Positions 26,480 through 35,408 of a stretch of 64,000 nt of DNA are shown in pieces. The notes under the pieces were generated by a model, which worked only from the letters and a program-made list of their open reading frames with translations, had not been told where the DNA came from and did not search any database. Source of the stretch: an uncultured virus (IMG/VR IMGVR_UViG_3300022468_000816) (taxonomy: Duplodnaviria; Heunggongvirae; Uroviricota; Caudoviricetes); the IMG/VR virus record IMGVR_UViG_3300022468_000816; one strand, given 5' to 3'. A program made the translations under genes and the position numbers. How positions within the stretch are numbered: position 1 is the stretch's first letter; the number at the start of each line of letters is the position of its first letter.

Positions 26480-26798
26480 TCGGCCTAACGAAAAGCTCAT
26501 CACGCTCACGGATGGGCGAGAGGTGTCCAGCTACAGCGAAGAATACAGATACGAGTGCGAGCTGCGCTGGTTCTTGGAGGCCAAGCCCACGCGCAGCGCG
26601 AAGCACCTGTACCTCTACGGCGTCGAGGACCGCGCGCAGCTGTTCGACCCGCATCCGGACACCGGGCAGCCGACCCTGTCCGAGGATTACCGCAAGCGCT
26701 GGGCGCCAGGGCAGCGCCCCCTGATGGCATCCCGCAGCCTTGAAGCCGCCGACCGGCTCCTGGCCGACGCCCGCAAACTTTACGACCTGAAAAAATGA
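26469..26798 (+). CDS. hypothetical protein
   Basis: DGREVSSYSEEYRYECE; coupled to the next gene. Confidence 0.7.
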   Translation: MLGSRPNEKLITLTDGREVSSYSEEYRYECELRWFLEAKPTRSAKHLYLYGVEDRAQLFDPHPDTGQPTLSEDYRKRWAPGQRPLMASRSLEAADRLLADARKLYDLKK

Positions 26799-27061
26799 CC
26801 CGACTACCCTACGTCGCTGCACCCCCTGGCGAGCTGTATTGGCGCTACGAGAAGTGCCCCCACCCGGGCGCCAAGGTGCTGCTGCTCACCATCGGCCGCA
26901 CGTGCACGATCGGCCACTGGCAGGGCCTCTATGGCTTTGCGTTCGTGGCCTGGTGCCCGCTGCCGAAGGATGGCGCGCCGCCGCCACGGATCCAGGACGC
27001 ACCGCTGCTGGTGCGCCTGCGCTTCGCCTTCCACCTGATTTTCAACCCCAGCTCGATCTGA
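26795..27061 (+). CDS. hypothetical protein
   Basis: GAKVLLLTIG...VAWCPLPK. Confidence 0.7.
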   Translation: MTRLPYVAAPPGELYWRYEKCPHPGAKVLLLTIGRTCTIGHWQGLYGFAFVAWCPLPKDGAPPPRIQDAPLLVRLRFAFHLIFNPSSI

Positions 27062-27079
27062 GCGCCACAAAGGAGAACC

Positions 27080-27520
27080 ATGCAAGTCCGCGTCAAACAA
27101 CTGTCACCCCAGGCGATCAAGCCCACCTACGCCCACAACGGCGATGCGTGCTTCGACATCTACGCCATGGGCGACCTGGAGAAGCCCGCAGAGATCCGGC
27201 CGGGCACGTCGGTGCACATCCCCACCGGCCTGTCCTTCGAGGTGCCCATGGGCCATGTGATGCTGATTTTCAGCCGCTCGGGCCACGGCTTCAAGAACGA
27301 GGTGCGCCTATCGAACTGCGTGGGCGTGATCGACGCCGGCTACCGCGGCGAGGTGCAGGTAGCCATCCGCAACGATGGCCGCGCCCGCTTCAAGGTGGCC
27401 CACGGCGATCGCATCGCCCAGGCCATGATCATCCAGCGCCCGGCGGTGGAGCTGGTCCCGGTCGACGAGCTGAGCGACTCGTCGCGCGGCACGGGCGGTC
27501 TCGGCAGCACGGGGGCGTGA
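27080..27520 (+). CDS. dut: trimeric dUTPase
   Basis: SRSG, GVIDAGYRGE, GDRIAQ, RGTGGLGSTG; AAGGAG RBS. Confidence 0.95.
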   Translation: MQVRVKQLSPQAIKPTYAHNGDACFDIYAMGDLEKPAEIRPGTSVHIPTGLSFEVPMGHVMLIFSRSGHGFKNEVRLSNCVGVIDAGYRGEVQVAIRNDGRARFKVAHGDRIAQAMIIQRPAVELVPVDELSDSSRGTGGLGSTGA

Positions 27521-27756
27521 TCGTGGCCAACATCCTTGTTCGCCCCCACGAGATGATGGCCGCCATGGACTCGCCCGAGGCCAGCGCCAAGTACATCCAC
27601 GAGCTGGCATCGAGCCTGGTGGCCACGGCCGAGAAGATGGGCGTCAGCCTGCGCATCGATCGCGTGCCGCTGCAGCCGCTGGCCACGGGCAACGCAGGGC
27701 ACCGCGTCGAGGCCTGGCCAGCGCGACACCAGCCGACGCCACCAGATGGTGGCTGA
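27517..27756 (+). CDS. hypothetical protein
   Basis: GTGA overlap with the dut stop. Confidence 0.6.
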   Translation: MIVANILVRPHEMMAAMDSPEASAKYIHELASSLVATAEKMGVSLRIDRVPLQPLATGNAGHRVEAWPARHQPTPPDGG

Positions 27757-27758
27757 GC

Positions 27759-28037
27759 ATGGCAGTCTACGTCGATGACATGCGGGCCCCCTTCGGGCGC
27801 ATGATCATGTGCCACATGCTGGCCGACTCCGACGACGAGCTCCACGCCATGGCCGACCGAATCGGCGTGGCGCGGCGCTGGCACCAAAAAGCCGGCACCT
27901 ACCAGAGCCACTACGACATTGCTTTGAGCAAAAGATCGCTGGCCGTGGCCCACGGAGCCCTCGAAATCGACCGCCAGGGCGTCGCAAACCTCCTGCGAAC
28001 GAAGCGACTCGCGGCTTCGGCCGGGCCCAAAGCCTGA
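27759..28037 (+). CDS. DUF4031-like protein
   Basis: MAVYVDDM...MCHMLADSDDELHAMADRIG...SHYDI. Confidence 0.85.
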   Translation: MAVYVDDMRAPFGRMIMCHMLADSDDELHAMADRIGVARRWHQKAGTYQSHYDIALSKRSLAVAHGALEIDRQGVANLLRTKRLAASAGPKA

Positions 28038-28144
28038 GCCCGACCTGCGCCCGGGGCCCGAAAGCCCGGGCGCAGCCCAGGCCTTGACCCGGGCGTGATG
28101 GCCATGCAACTTGTTGCGCTGTAAGGGGAATTTGCGGGGTGCGG

Positions 28145-28188
28145 TGGAGCGGGTACCGGGAATCGAACCCGGGTAATCAGCTTGGAAG
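28145..28188 (-). mobile_element. attP core: 3' part of tRNA-Gly(TCC)
   Basis: minus strand CTTCCAAGCTGATTACCCGGGTTCGATTCCCGGTACCCGCTCCA = anticodon loop, T arm, acceptor 3' strand and CCA; next to the integrase. Confidence 0.85.
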
Positions 28189-28221
28189 TCTTTAATCAGG
28201 GTTTTCCCGCGTTGTCACTCA

Positions 28222-28243
28222 TGATCATTTTTGATCATATAAT
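28222..28243 (+). promoter_or_regulatory. perfect TGATC box plus TATAAT upstream of the integrase
   Basis: TGATCATTTTTGATCA at 28222-28237; TATAAT at 28238-28243. Confidence 0.6.
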
Positions 28244-28380
28244 CAACGCACTAACCCCATGTCTTCCACCACCACAGGACCGTAAATTTCACTGCCCGTC
28301 ACGCGATTCTGCGCCCGAAAACGGCGCTCGGGCGCAGGGCGGCAACCAGCCCCATGGGGCGCAGTGTCAACGGAACCACA

Positions 28381-29655
28381 ATGCCCAAGATCACCAAGCA
28401 AGCCATCGAGGCGATCAAGCCCACCGACAAAGACCAGTGGCTCTGGGACACCGAGCTGCAGGGCTTCGGCGTCCGGATCCAGCCCAGCGGGCGCATGACC
28501 TACGTGATGCGGTACCGGACCCGCGACGCCGCGCGCGTGCAGCGCAAGGTCACCATCTGCCGCTGCAGCGACGCGCCGCCCGCCAAGGCCCGCGACCTGG
28601 CCCGCGAGCTGTTCCTGCAGGTGGCGGGCGGGGGCGACCCGGCAGCCGAGCGGCGCCCCGAGCGCGTCGACGCCAGCGGCCCCACCCTGGAGGCCATGTT
28701 CAAGGCGCGCGTGGCCGCCATGCGGGCCCGCGGCCGCGCCAACGCGGGCGAGGTCGAGCGCGTGCTGCTGCTGGCCAAGTACAACGCGGCCGACACCCTC
28801 GGGCGCAACCGGGCCCCTGGCAGCATCACGCCCGACGAGGTGGTGCGGTTCGTGTCGAAATACTTCGCCGAGGGGCACCGTGGCGCAGCCGACAAGGCGC
28901 GCGGCTACCTCGCCGCCACGTTCGAGTGGGCCATCAAGTCCGCCAACGACTACACCGTGGCCAACCGCCAGGACTGGGGCGTGAAGACCAACCCGGCCGC
29001 GGCCGTAGCGAAGGACCACGGCGCCATCAAGGTGCGCGACCGCAACCTCGATGCCAAGCAGCTGCGCGTCGTCTGGGAGGCCTGCCACGACGGCAACGGC
29101 GGGTTCACCGAGGGCGTGGAGGCCTGCCTCAAGACCATGATCGCCTGCGGGCAGCGCGTGCAGGAGACCCTGCGCATGTGCGGCAGCGAGGTCGACCTGG
29201 AGGCAGCCGTGTGGCGCATGCCGGCCGAGAAGACCAAGGGCAAGAAGCGCCCCCACACCATCCCCCTACCCCGGGTCATCATCCCCACCCTGCTGGCGCT
29301 CAAGGACCAGCACGGCGACGGCCCGCTGTTCGTCGCGCGCACCGGCAGCACGCAGGCCACCCTTGGGGCCATCAGCGTGTCGCACGCCGTGCGCCGCTGG
29401 TGCGAGTCCGAGGGGTGCCCCGTGCCCGCGTTCCAGCCGCGCGACCTGCGCCGCACCTGGAAGTCGCGCACGCACGACGCTGGTATCGACCGCTTCACCC
29501 GCGACCTGATCCAGCAGCACGCCAAGCAGGACACCGGGTCGAAGAACTACGACCGGGCCGACTACTTCGCCCAGATGCGCGAGGCCATGGACAAGTGGGA
29601 CGCGTGGCTCAAGGCAAACCTGTTCGACAAGCCGCCGCTCGTGCTGGTGGCCTGA
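28381..29655 (+). CDS. int: tyrosine integrase with N-terminal arm-binding domain
   Basis: WDTELQGFGVRIQPSG arm domain; GQRVQE, KTK, RDLRRT, QH, YD catalytic region. Confidence 0.93.
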   Translation: MPKITKQAIEAIKPTDKDQWLWDTELQGFGVRIQPSGRMTYVMRYRTRDAARVQRKVTICRCSDAPPAKARDLARELFLQVAGGGDPAAERRPERVDASGPTLEAMFKARVAAMRARGRANAGEVERVLLLAKYNAADTLGRNRAPGSITPDEVVRFVSKYFAEGHRGAADKARGYLAATFEWAIKSANDYTVANRQDWGVKTNPAAAVAKDHGAIKVRDRNLDAKQLRVVWEACHDGNGGFTEGVEACLKTMIACGQRVQETLRMCGSEVDLEAAVWRMPAEKTKGKKRPHTIPLPRVIIPTLLALKDQHGDGPLFVARTGSTQATLGAISVSHAVRRWCESEGCPVPAFQPRDLRRTWKSRTHDAGIDRFTRDLIQQHAKQDTGSKNYDRADYFAQMREAMDKWDAWLKANLFDKPPLVLVA

Positions 29656-29710
29656 TCGCAGCGCCCGGGCAGGTCCCGGGCGTTGTATTTTTGATCAATG
29701 TGTGCGCGAA

Positions 29711-29730
29711 TGATCTTTTTTGATTAAACT
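29711..29730 (+). promoter_or_regulatory. TGATC-box promoter
   Basis: TGATC TTTTTT GAT TAAACT, then AGGAG RBS and ATG at 29762. Confidence 0.6.
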
Positions 29731-29761
29731 ACACACATAAATTGTTGAACAGGAGAGCGAA

Positions 29762-29953
29762 ATGGCCCAGTCAGTACGAGTAAACAAGGAAGTCGTCTTG
29801 CAAGGTGGCGACAACAATTTCCTGCAATACCCCGTTCGGGGAGTGATCGAGACGGCTGAATACGCCGTCGATGGCTCGATGATCTGGTGCACGTTCCTCA
29901 AAAACGACAGCCTCTGCCCCGTTTTCGTCCGGAGCCCAAAGCTCGATCAGTAG
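29762..29953 (+). CDS. hypothetical protein
   Basis: AGGAG RBS, own promoter. Confidence 0.65.
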   Translation: MAQSVRVNKEVVLQGGDNNFLQYPVRGVIETAEYAVDGSMIWCTFLKNDSLCPVFVRSPKLDQ

Positions 29954-30021
29954 GACCGACTACCCCAGTGCATGCCCAGCCCGGCATGCGCGGGGGATGT
30001 CCCCGGTCACAGGAGATACCA

Positions 30022-30228
30022 ATGTCGGCAGTTCTAACTCTGCGCCAACAACCGACGTCGCGACGCGACAATCAACCCGACGCCAAGCTCGTGGCCAAGG
30101 CAAAAGCGCTCTGGCCCAACAGCGAGAACTACCAGCGCCAGTGGATCCGGTCCGTGCAGCTGCTGCGCGCCGGCCGCGGCTGGGTTCTCGACGGCGCCAA
30201 GGTCGATTGGCACGCGAACAAGTTATAA
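30022..30228 (+). CDS. hypothetical protein
   Basis: AGGAG RBS; NYQRQWIRSVQLLR...WVL. Confidence 0.7.
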   Translation: MSAVLTLRQQPTSRRDNQPDAKLVAKAKALWPNSENYQRQWIRSVQLLRAGRGWVLDGAKVDWHANKL

Positions 30229-30235
30229 GCGAACG

Positions 30236-30454
30236 ATGAACCTCGAAGACAGAGCACAAGAACACGAAGCCCAGATTTGGGCCATGATCAACCGTCCGCG
30301 CGAGGTGGTCAGCTACAAGCCCGACGACGCGGGCTATGGGCCCAAGGAGTGCGTCGAGTGCGGTGCCAAGATGCCAGCCGAGCGCCGCGCCCACGGGTTC
30401 AAGAAGTGCACACCGTGCGCTGCGGCCGCTGAGCGCCGCCCGGGCCGCCGCTGA
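30236..30454 (+). CDS. DksA/TraR C4 Zn-finger protein
   Basis: EDRAQE...CVECG..MPAERR..G...CTPC. Confidence 0.85.
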   Translation: MNLEDRAQEHEAQIWAMINRPREVVSYKPDDAGYGPKECVECGAKMPAERRAHGFKKCTPCAAAAERRPGRR

Positions 30455-30760
30455 TCACTTGGCCTTGGGCCAGGCCTCGACGAGGCGCTTGTGGCGGCTC
30501 TGGCACGTCCGATACAGCTCGGCCGTGCCGACGGACCAGCGCAGGATGGCGCCACCGGTGCCGTCAGCGGGGTCCGTCAGATCGGGGCACGGCTGGGCCA
30601 GGTTGGCTGGCGGTGGATCCGGGTCTGATCGCAGCACGAAGTGCCCGCATCCCGTCATCATCAAAGCAGACGTTGCGATAAACAGGCTTTTCAACAATTT
30701 TTTCCACCGTTTCTGTGATGGTGATGAACTCCGTGCGAATGACCTCGCGGTCCTTCTCAT
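30455..30760 (-). CDS. o-spanin (Rz1-like lipoprotein); start uncertain
   Basis: ALMMTG-C lipobox, Pro-rich, overlaps the i-spanin in another frame. Confidence 0.75.
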   Translation of the reverse strand: MRRTARSFARSSSPSQKRWKKLLKSLFIATSALMMTGCGHFVLRSDPDPPPANLAQPCPDLTDPADGTGGAILRWSVGTAELYRTCQSRHKRLVEAWPKAK

Positions 30761-30941
30761 GGCCTGCGGCCGCCGTGTTCGCCCCGCGGCGGTTCTCGCG
30801 CTGGAGCTCCTGGGCGGCCTCGATGTTCTCCTTGTCGGCCGCGTCGCGCCGCCAGCCCTGCACCGTCCAGCCGGCGCCGAAGGACATCACCAGCACGGCG
30901 ACGGTGATGATCAGCCGGATGTCCACACCGAAGAACGTCAT
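30564..30941 (-). CDS. i-spanin (Rz-like)
   Basis: N-terminal TM, GWTVQGWR, coiled coil, VYRNVCFDDDG. Confidence 0.8.
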   Translation of the reverse strand: MTFFGVDIRLIITVAVLVMSFGAGWTVQGWRRDAADKENIEAAQELQRENRRGANTAAAGHEKDREVIRTEFITITETVEKIVEKPVYRNVCFDDDGMRALRAAIRPGSTASQPGPAVPRSDGPR

Positions 30942-31267
30942 CGCCCACCACCCCGGTAGTCGTGCATGTCGGCCTTGCGGGCGAGCTGCTGGCTGACGCT
31001 GTCGAGCCGGGCGAACACCTGGTTGAACAGGTCTCGCTGCTCGTCGCGCATCTCCCGGAGGGTGTCACGTTGCTCCTGCCGGACCTCCTTGACCTCATCC
31101 TTGGTGGAGTAGTTGGAAAGGCTTTTCAGCATCGCGGTGTCTGCATCTCGCAGTTCCTTGACGGAGGCAGCCAAGTCCTTGATGACCATGCCGCCGAAGA
31201 AGCCAGCAATGCCGAGAACGACGTTGAAGGCGAGCAGTACATATTGAACCTCCACAGGGCCCCTCAC
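30938..31267 (-). CDS. single-TM coiled-coil lysis-cassette protein
   Basis: one N-terminal TM; between endolysin and spanins. Confidence 0.65.
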   Translation of the reverse strand: MRGPVEVQYVLLAFNVVLGIAGFFGGMVIKDLAASVKELRDADTAMLKSLSNYSTKDEVKEVRQEQRDTLREMRDEQRDLFNQVFARLDSVSQQLARKADMHDYRGGGR

Positions 31268-32007
31268 TTGAAATAGTCTATGTATTTGGGCCGCCGGAGT
31301 CCGATAACGTTTGTAACGTACTCGCGATTTATAGCGTAGAACGAATGGCGGTACCCGGGATGAGGAATTCGCGACTTGGCACTGGTCAGCTCAACGTGAC
31401 CAGCCCAGCGCCGGCTGTCGCAGCGAGGGGTGTTTGCGCATAAGCGCCGGTCCTGGAGCACGCCGGCTTCACCGCCGTTGTAGGCACTCAGGGTGAAGCT
31501 CAGCCGGTCTATCGGCGTGGCCGCATCGCGCACGCGGCCGTAGATGCTCTTGTCCATCTCCACGATGGCGGTCAGCTGGTACCGTGGATCCATCCAGCGG
31601 TCGGTTGTCCAGCCGCGCAGGCTCGGGAACTGCTGGCGCAGCTCCTCCTGTTTGTCGAAGCGCACGCTGCCGTCGGCGCGGTACGCCGTGGTGACCTGGC
31701 CCAGCCCCCTACCCCACTCGCGCGAGGTCTTGAGCTGCACGTTCGGGTTCCAGCACTTCGAGTGCTTGAGGCTGATACAGGACTCCTGCTCGACCTGCGC
31801 CGCCAGGAACGACGGAATGGGGGCGTCTGGCCAGATTGCGCGCTGCTGCTCGACTAGGATGGGCAGGTACTGGTGCGCCCGCTCGGGCACCTGCAGGCCC
31901 TGGGCGTGAGCGGCCGTGGGGCCGACGCACGACATGACGCAGCATGCCGCGAACCACGCAGCCAGCACGAGGATGGCGCCGTGGCGATCGAGGAGCCGGC
32001 CCAGCAT
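31264..32007 (-). CDS. endolysin, lytic transglycosylase type, with N-terminal export signal
   Basis: AQVEQES, GLGQ, LSAYNGG; hydrophobic N-terminus. Confidence 0.85.
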   Translation of the reverse strand: MLGRLLDRHGAILVLAAWFAACCVMSCVGPTAAHAQGLQVPERAHQYLPILVEQQRAIWPDAPIPSFLAAQVEQESCISLKHSKCWNPNVQLKTSREWGRGLGQVTTAYRADGSVRFDKQEELRQQFPSLRGWTTDRWMDPRYQLTAIVEMDKSIYGRVRDAATPIDRLSFTLSAYNGGEAGVLQDRRLCANTPRCDSRRWAGHVELTSAKSRIPHPGYRHSFYAINREYVTNVIGLRRPKYIDYFK

Positions 32008-32008
32008 G

Positions 32009-32359
32009 TTAGGCCTTCGCCCAGAGCACCAGGGCCAGCATCACGATGCCGACGAACACCACGATGGCGGCCACGATCATGCCAGCCGCTGTGTTGCCGC
32101 CCTCGTGGGCCGCGGTGACGAGATCCGTCAGCTTGATCTGGGGGAAGACGATGCGGCTGATGATGACCGCAGCGCCGGCGAGCACCACGCCGAAGACTGT
32201 CCATTGGGCCAGCGTGGTGGCCATGGCAGGGTCGATCACGTAGAGCGCAGCGAAGGCCGGGGCCATGAGCAGCCAGGCCGACTTGTCGGCGAGCGCGCCG
32301 AGGCGCGAGGCTTGAAAAAACTCCGCGATGGCGCGGAGCTGGGCAATGAGAGCTTCCAT
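32009..32359 (-). CDS. putative holin (3 TM)
   Basis: three hydrophobic segments; first gene of the lysis cassette. Confidence 0.65.
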   Translation of the reverse strand: MEALIAQLRAIAEFFQASRLGALADKSAWLLMAPAFAALYVIDPAMATTLAQWTVFGVVLAGAAVIISRIVFPQIKLTDLVTAAHEGGNTAAGMIVAAIVVFVGIVMLALVLWAKA

Positions 32360-32393
32360 GGTCGTGTCCGTGAGAGTTGGCCTCGGTGGCTGG

Positions 32394-32409
32394 ATTCTCA
32401 CGTCACGAC
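32394..32409 (-). promoter_or_regulatory. late-type promoter of the lysis cassette
   Basis: GTCGTGAC GT GAGAAT. Confidence 0.6.
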
Positions 32410-32420
32410 ATGGCCTCGTC

Positions 32421-33224
32421 CTACGTCTTGATGATGTAGTTGATCACCATGGTGGGCTGCACGTTGTTGTGCGCATTGCCACCACCGGCGCTGTCGATGG
32501 TCAGCGTGTGGGTGTGGGCGCCAGCGCTGCCGGTCGTGCCGCTGGCGGTTGCGCCGGCGCTGTTTTCGGTTGTGCCCTGCAGGCTCGGCGAGGCGCCGCC
32601 GGTGTGCGTGTGGGCGCCAGCGCTGGCAGTAACGCCGGTGTGGGTGTGCGCAGGCATTTCGGCCGCAGCCAGCGCAACCTGTGCCGCACCGCCGCTGGAG
32701 CCGAGCGTGTTCACGTCGAGCACGCCAAAGCGGATCACCTGACTGGTACCGTTCGCGGTCGGCGCGGCACTCAGCGTCAGCTGACTTACGCTGTCGATCG
32801 ACAGGATGGTCGTTCCCGCCGGGATGCTTGCGTGGAAGGCCAGCATGCCTGCGTGCAGGTTGCTTGTGCTGGCGATGCCGCTGATGACGGCGTTGCCGCT
32901 GGTGAAGTTGACCGTCTTGGAGCGCTGCAAGCGGTTCGACGCGCTGGAGCCGCCCATGTCGCCCTTGCCTGCCAGGATGCGCTCGCGGCAGTCAGGCAGG
33001 TTGAAGGTCGTGCTGCCATCGCCGGCGCCGTAGGCCGTGCCGAGGGCGGCGAACAGCGCCGCGTAGGTCGTGCGGCTTACCGCCTGGCCGTAGCAGAACA
33101 GCCAGCCGGAAGGCTCAGCCGTGCCAGCGAAGGGCAGCACCACGCCAGCGGGCGCGCCGCCCACGCTGGGGTCAAGCGCACCGGCCGACGTGAGAATTGA
33201 AGCAATTTTTCGGGCAAAACTCAT
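32421..33224 (-). CDS. tail collar domain protein
   Basis: PAGVVLPFAG..EPSGWLFCYGQAVSRTTYAALFAALGT.YG.GDGSTTFNLPD; HTH repeats; HNNVQP..VINYIIK. Confidence 0.9.
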   Translation of the reverse strand: MSFARKIASILTSAGALDPSVGGAPAGVVLPFAGTAEPSGWLFCYGQAVSRTTYAALFAALGTAYGAGDGSTTFNLPDCRERILAGKGDMGGSSASNRLQRSKTVNFTSGNAVISGIASTSNLHAGMLAFHASIPAGTTILSIDSVSQLTLSAAPTANGTSQVIRFGVLDVNTLGSSGGAAQVALAAAEMPAHTHTGVTASAGAHTHTGGASPSLQGTTENSAGATASGTTGSAGAHTHTLTIDSAGGGNAHNNVQPTMVINYIIKT

Positions 33225-33247
33225 ACACCTCCCTGCGGCCGTTCAGT

Positions 33248-34039
33248 TCAGAACCAGCCCAATGCAATGTTGGAAACCTCGAACTCCCAGCTCGCGCCGG
33301 GCACGTCCGCAAAAACGATGCCTGCCGTCCAGCCTGATGCCAGCGCGATCTTGGACGCTGACGGGCTGCCCGCGTTCGACACGTAGGTGCTGAAAACCTG
33401 CACCCCGGTGGTGGCGTCCGTGATCGAGTAGGAGTAGCCGTCGGCCGCCGCATGCAGGGTGACGTTGTAGGGCCGCCAGTCGTGCATCAGGGGGCCACAC
33501 TGGCTGCCGCCGATCAGGCGGTTTCCGGCGGTGCCGTCCGACAACTCGTGCCACGTCTCCGGCTGGCTGCGGGCGCCTGCCGCGCATGCGCCGCCATCAG
33601 ACGACGAGAAGCCGCTCAAGCCGCCGACCACGAAACCCATGCCGACGTTGGAGAGCCCGGTGGTCAGGCCCCGCATCACGAACCCGACATGCGCTCCTGG
33701 CGCGCTCGTGAAAAGCCCGCGCGACATGAACGTCCACGTGCCCCACATCACGGATGTGCCTGGCGCACGCGGGGTGCCCATGACGTGGGCGACGTAGCCG
33801 CGCCCCGCAACGGGCCCGGGCCAGGCCGGGAGCACCGCGCTGCCGTAGCTGTACTGGTCGACCCGCCAGGCGTTGTAGGTGCCGCTGCCCAGCGACTGGC
33901 GTTTGAACGTGACGCCCTGCAGCGGGTGGACGTTCTGCACCTCCTGGGCGGCAGCTGTGCCGAAACAGAGCGGCAGCAGGATGGTGAGGATTGCGGCCAG
34001 CCCGCAGCGCTGGAGCGCCTTCAGTGTCTCGCGGATCAC
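33248..34039 (-). CDS. secreted beta-rich protein ending in GWF, inside the tail-fibre module
   Basis: signal peptide ...LCFGTAAA-Q; GTGA-coupled to the Gly-rich fibre gene. Confidence 0.75.
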   Translation of the reverse strand: MIRETLKALQRCGLAAILTILLPLCFGTAAAQEVQNVHPLQGVTFKRQSLGSGTYNAWRVDQYSYGSAVLPAWPGPVAGRGYVAHVMGTPRAPGTSVMWGTWTFMSRGLFTSAPGAHVGFVMRGLTTGLSNVGMGFVVGGLSGFSSSDGGACAAGARSQPETWHELSDGTAGNRLIGGSQCGPLMHDWRPYNVTLHAAADGYSYSITDATTGVQVFSTYVSNAGSPSASKIALASGWTAGIVFADVPGASWEFEVSNIALGWF

Positions 34040-35067
34040 GTCACCTCCGCGTAGACGCTGATTACCACCATGGCTGCGCCAGCTGGACTAATACCCACCA
34101 AAGAGCCGTTGCTTGTTGCGCCGCCTCCAGTTCCGCCGCCGCGCGAAGATTCGGCGACAACCAATGATGTAGTCCCAACAGCGGCACCCGTCGCGCCCAA
34201 GGGGGCAGAGAAATTGCTCCCACTCGCTCCGTTCGAGCCACCTCCTGGCGGCGGGATGGCCGTAGAGCCACCGCCCCCAGAAGGGTTCAGGCCCGGGTAA
34301 CTCAGCAGCAGATCGAGGATTAATGCGTCTGCCGGCGATGCGGTTGTCTCGGAGCGAGCCCCAAGAATGTTAGGGCCGATGGTTGCAGAGCCTGGCGTTG
34401 CGTCGAGCGCATCCCCGCCGGCCCCGCCGCCAGATGACAAAGCATTGGTGGTGCAATCCCCGCCGCGTCCTGCGATACCAGCCCCTCCGCTTGCCTGGTC
34501 GGCAGTTGACGTGCCGCCGATGTCGCCGCCTCGCGTCCGGTTCGCGCCAAGACAGAAAAGGTCGATAGCGCCCCCGCCGGTCGCCTTCACCCCTGCGCTG
34601 GTGCTTGTCACATTCCCGCCGCGGCCTCCGTTGGCGCGGATTTTGCCGCCGGTCGCAGTGCCGCCGTCGCCACCGTTTACGGCCACTTGGGATGCACTGA
34701 ACAACCCACCCTTGCCGCCCGTGAGGTTGATCGGGTCCGCGATTCCGGTCACGGAAGTCGTGCCACCATCAACGCCGTTGCTGTTACCTGAAGCGGTGGC
34801 CAATCCTGGCGAACGGGCGCCGATCGTCACAGTGACGTTCGTCGGCGCGTCGAACTTTCCCCAGTCTCGGGCCCACGCGGGGCCTCCACCGCCGGTCGCC
34901 CGCCCGTTGGGTGTCGTGCATCGCGCGCCAGAGCCGCCGTTTCCGATTGCGAGGATGTCGTAGTAACCAGCCGGAGCTGCAACAACCTCGCTGGACAGGA
35001 CAACCTTGCGGAAGATGAGAACCCGCTTGCCGGACGACGGCGAGGCCTGAGCAGAAGAACGTCCCAT
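34036..35067 (-). CDS. Gly-rich tail fibre/receptor-binding protein
   Basis: repeated GGxGG motifs; tail-module position. Confidence 0.7.
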   Translation of the reverse strand: MGRSSAQASPSSGKRVLIFRKVVLSSEVVAAPAGYYDILAIGNGGSGARCTTPNGRATGGGGPAWARDWGKFDAPTNVTVTIGARSPGLATASGNSNGVDGGTTSVTGIADPINLTGGKGGLFSASQVAVNGGDGGTATGGKIRANGGRGGNVTSTSAGVKATGGGAIDLFCLGANRTRGGDIGGTSTADQASGGAGIAGRGGDCTTNALSSGGGAGGDALDATPGSATIGPNILGARSETTASPADALILDLLLSYPGLNPSGGGGSTAIPPPGGGSNGASGSNFSAPLGATGAAVGTTSLVVAESSRGGGTGGGATSNGSLVGISPAGAAMVVISVYAEVT

Positions 35068-35069
35068 GA

Positions 35070-35399
35070 TTAAGCCTCCACGCCGTCGATTTGCGCGGTG
35101 ACGCTCACCACGTCACTACGAACCCACAGCTTGTCGCCAGCAGAGAGCGACAGGCCGCTGCGGATCAGCGGCGTGCCGACAGCCACACCAGCGTCGTACT
35201 CGACGTAGTCGATGGCGGCCGGGCTGCCGCCCACACCACGCGCCAGGCGCACCTTGGCTGCCGAAGCGCCGCGGTTTGCGAAGCTGACGGTGATGCTCGC
35301 CCGCTTCCCTGCCGGGCAGGTGTAGACCAGCGTGTCGGTGGCGGCGGCCAGATCAAAGCCGCTCACATTGCCGGTGATCCCGGCGAGTCCGTTGGGCAT
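35070..35399 (-). CDS. small virion/tail-fibre-associated protein
   Basis: TLVYTCPAG...YVEYD...RSGLSLSAGDKLWV. Confidence 0.65.
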   Translation of the reverse strand: MPNGLAGITGNVSGFDLAAATDTLVYTCPAGKRASITVSFANRGASAAKVRLARGVGGSPAAIDYVEYDAGVAVGTPLIRSGLSLSAGDKLWVRSDVVSVTAQIDGVEA

Positions 35400-35408
35400 T
35401 TTTCCCCC

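Noticed and set aside
28045..28075. GC hairpin CTGCGCCCGGG/CCCGGGCGCAG as an ncRNA
   Set aside because: Single hairpin after the operon's last gene; most simply a terminator or stabiliser.
28145..28210. Complete tRNA-Gly gene
   Set aside because: An upstream GCGGGAA partly pairs with the acceptor strand, but there is no D arm and the 5' anticodon-stem strand is AAAGA rather than TCAGC; treated as attP core only.
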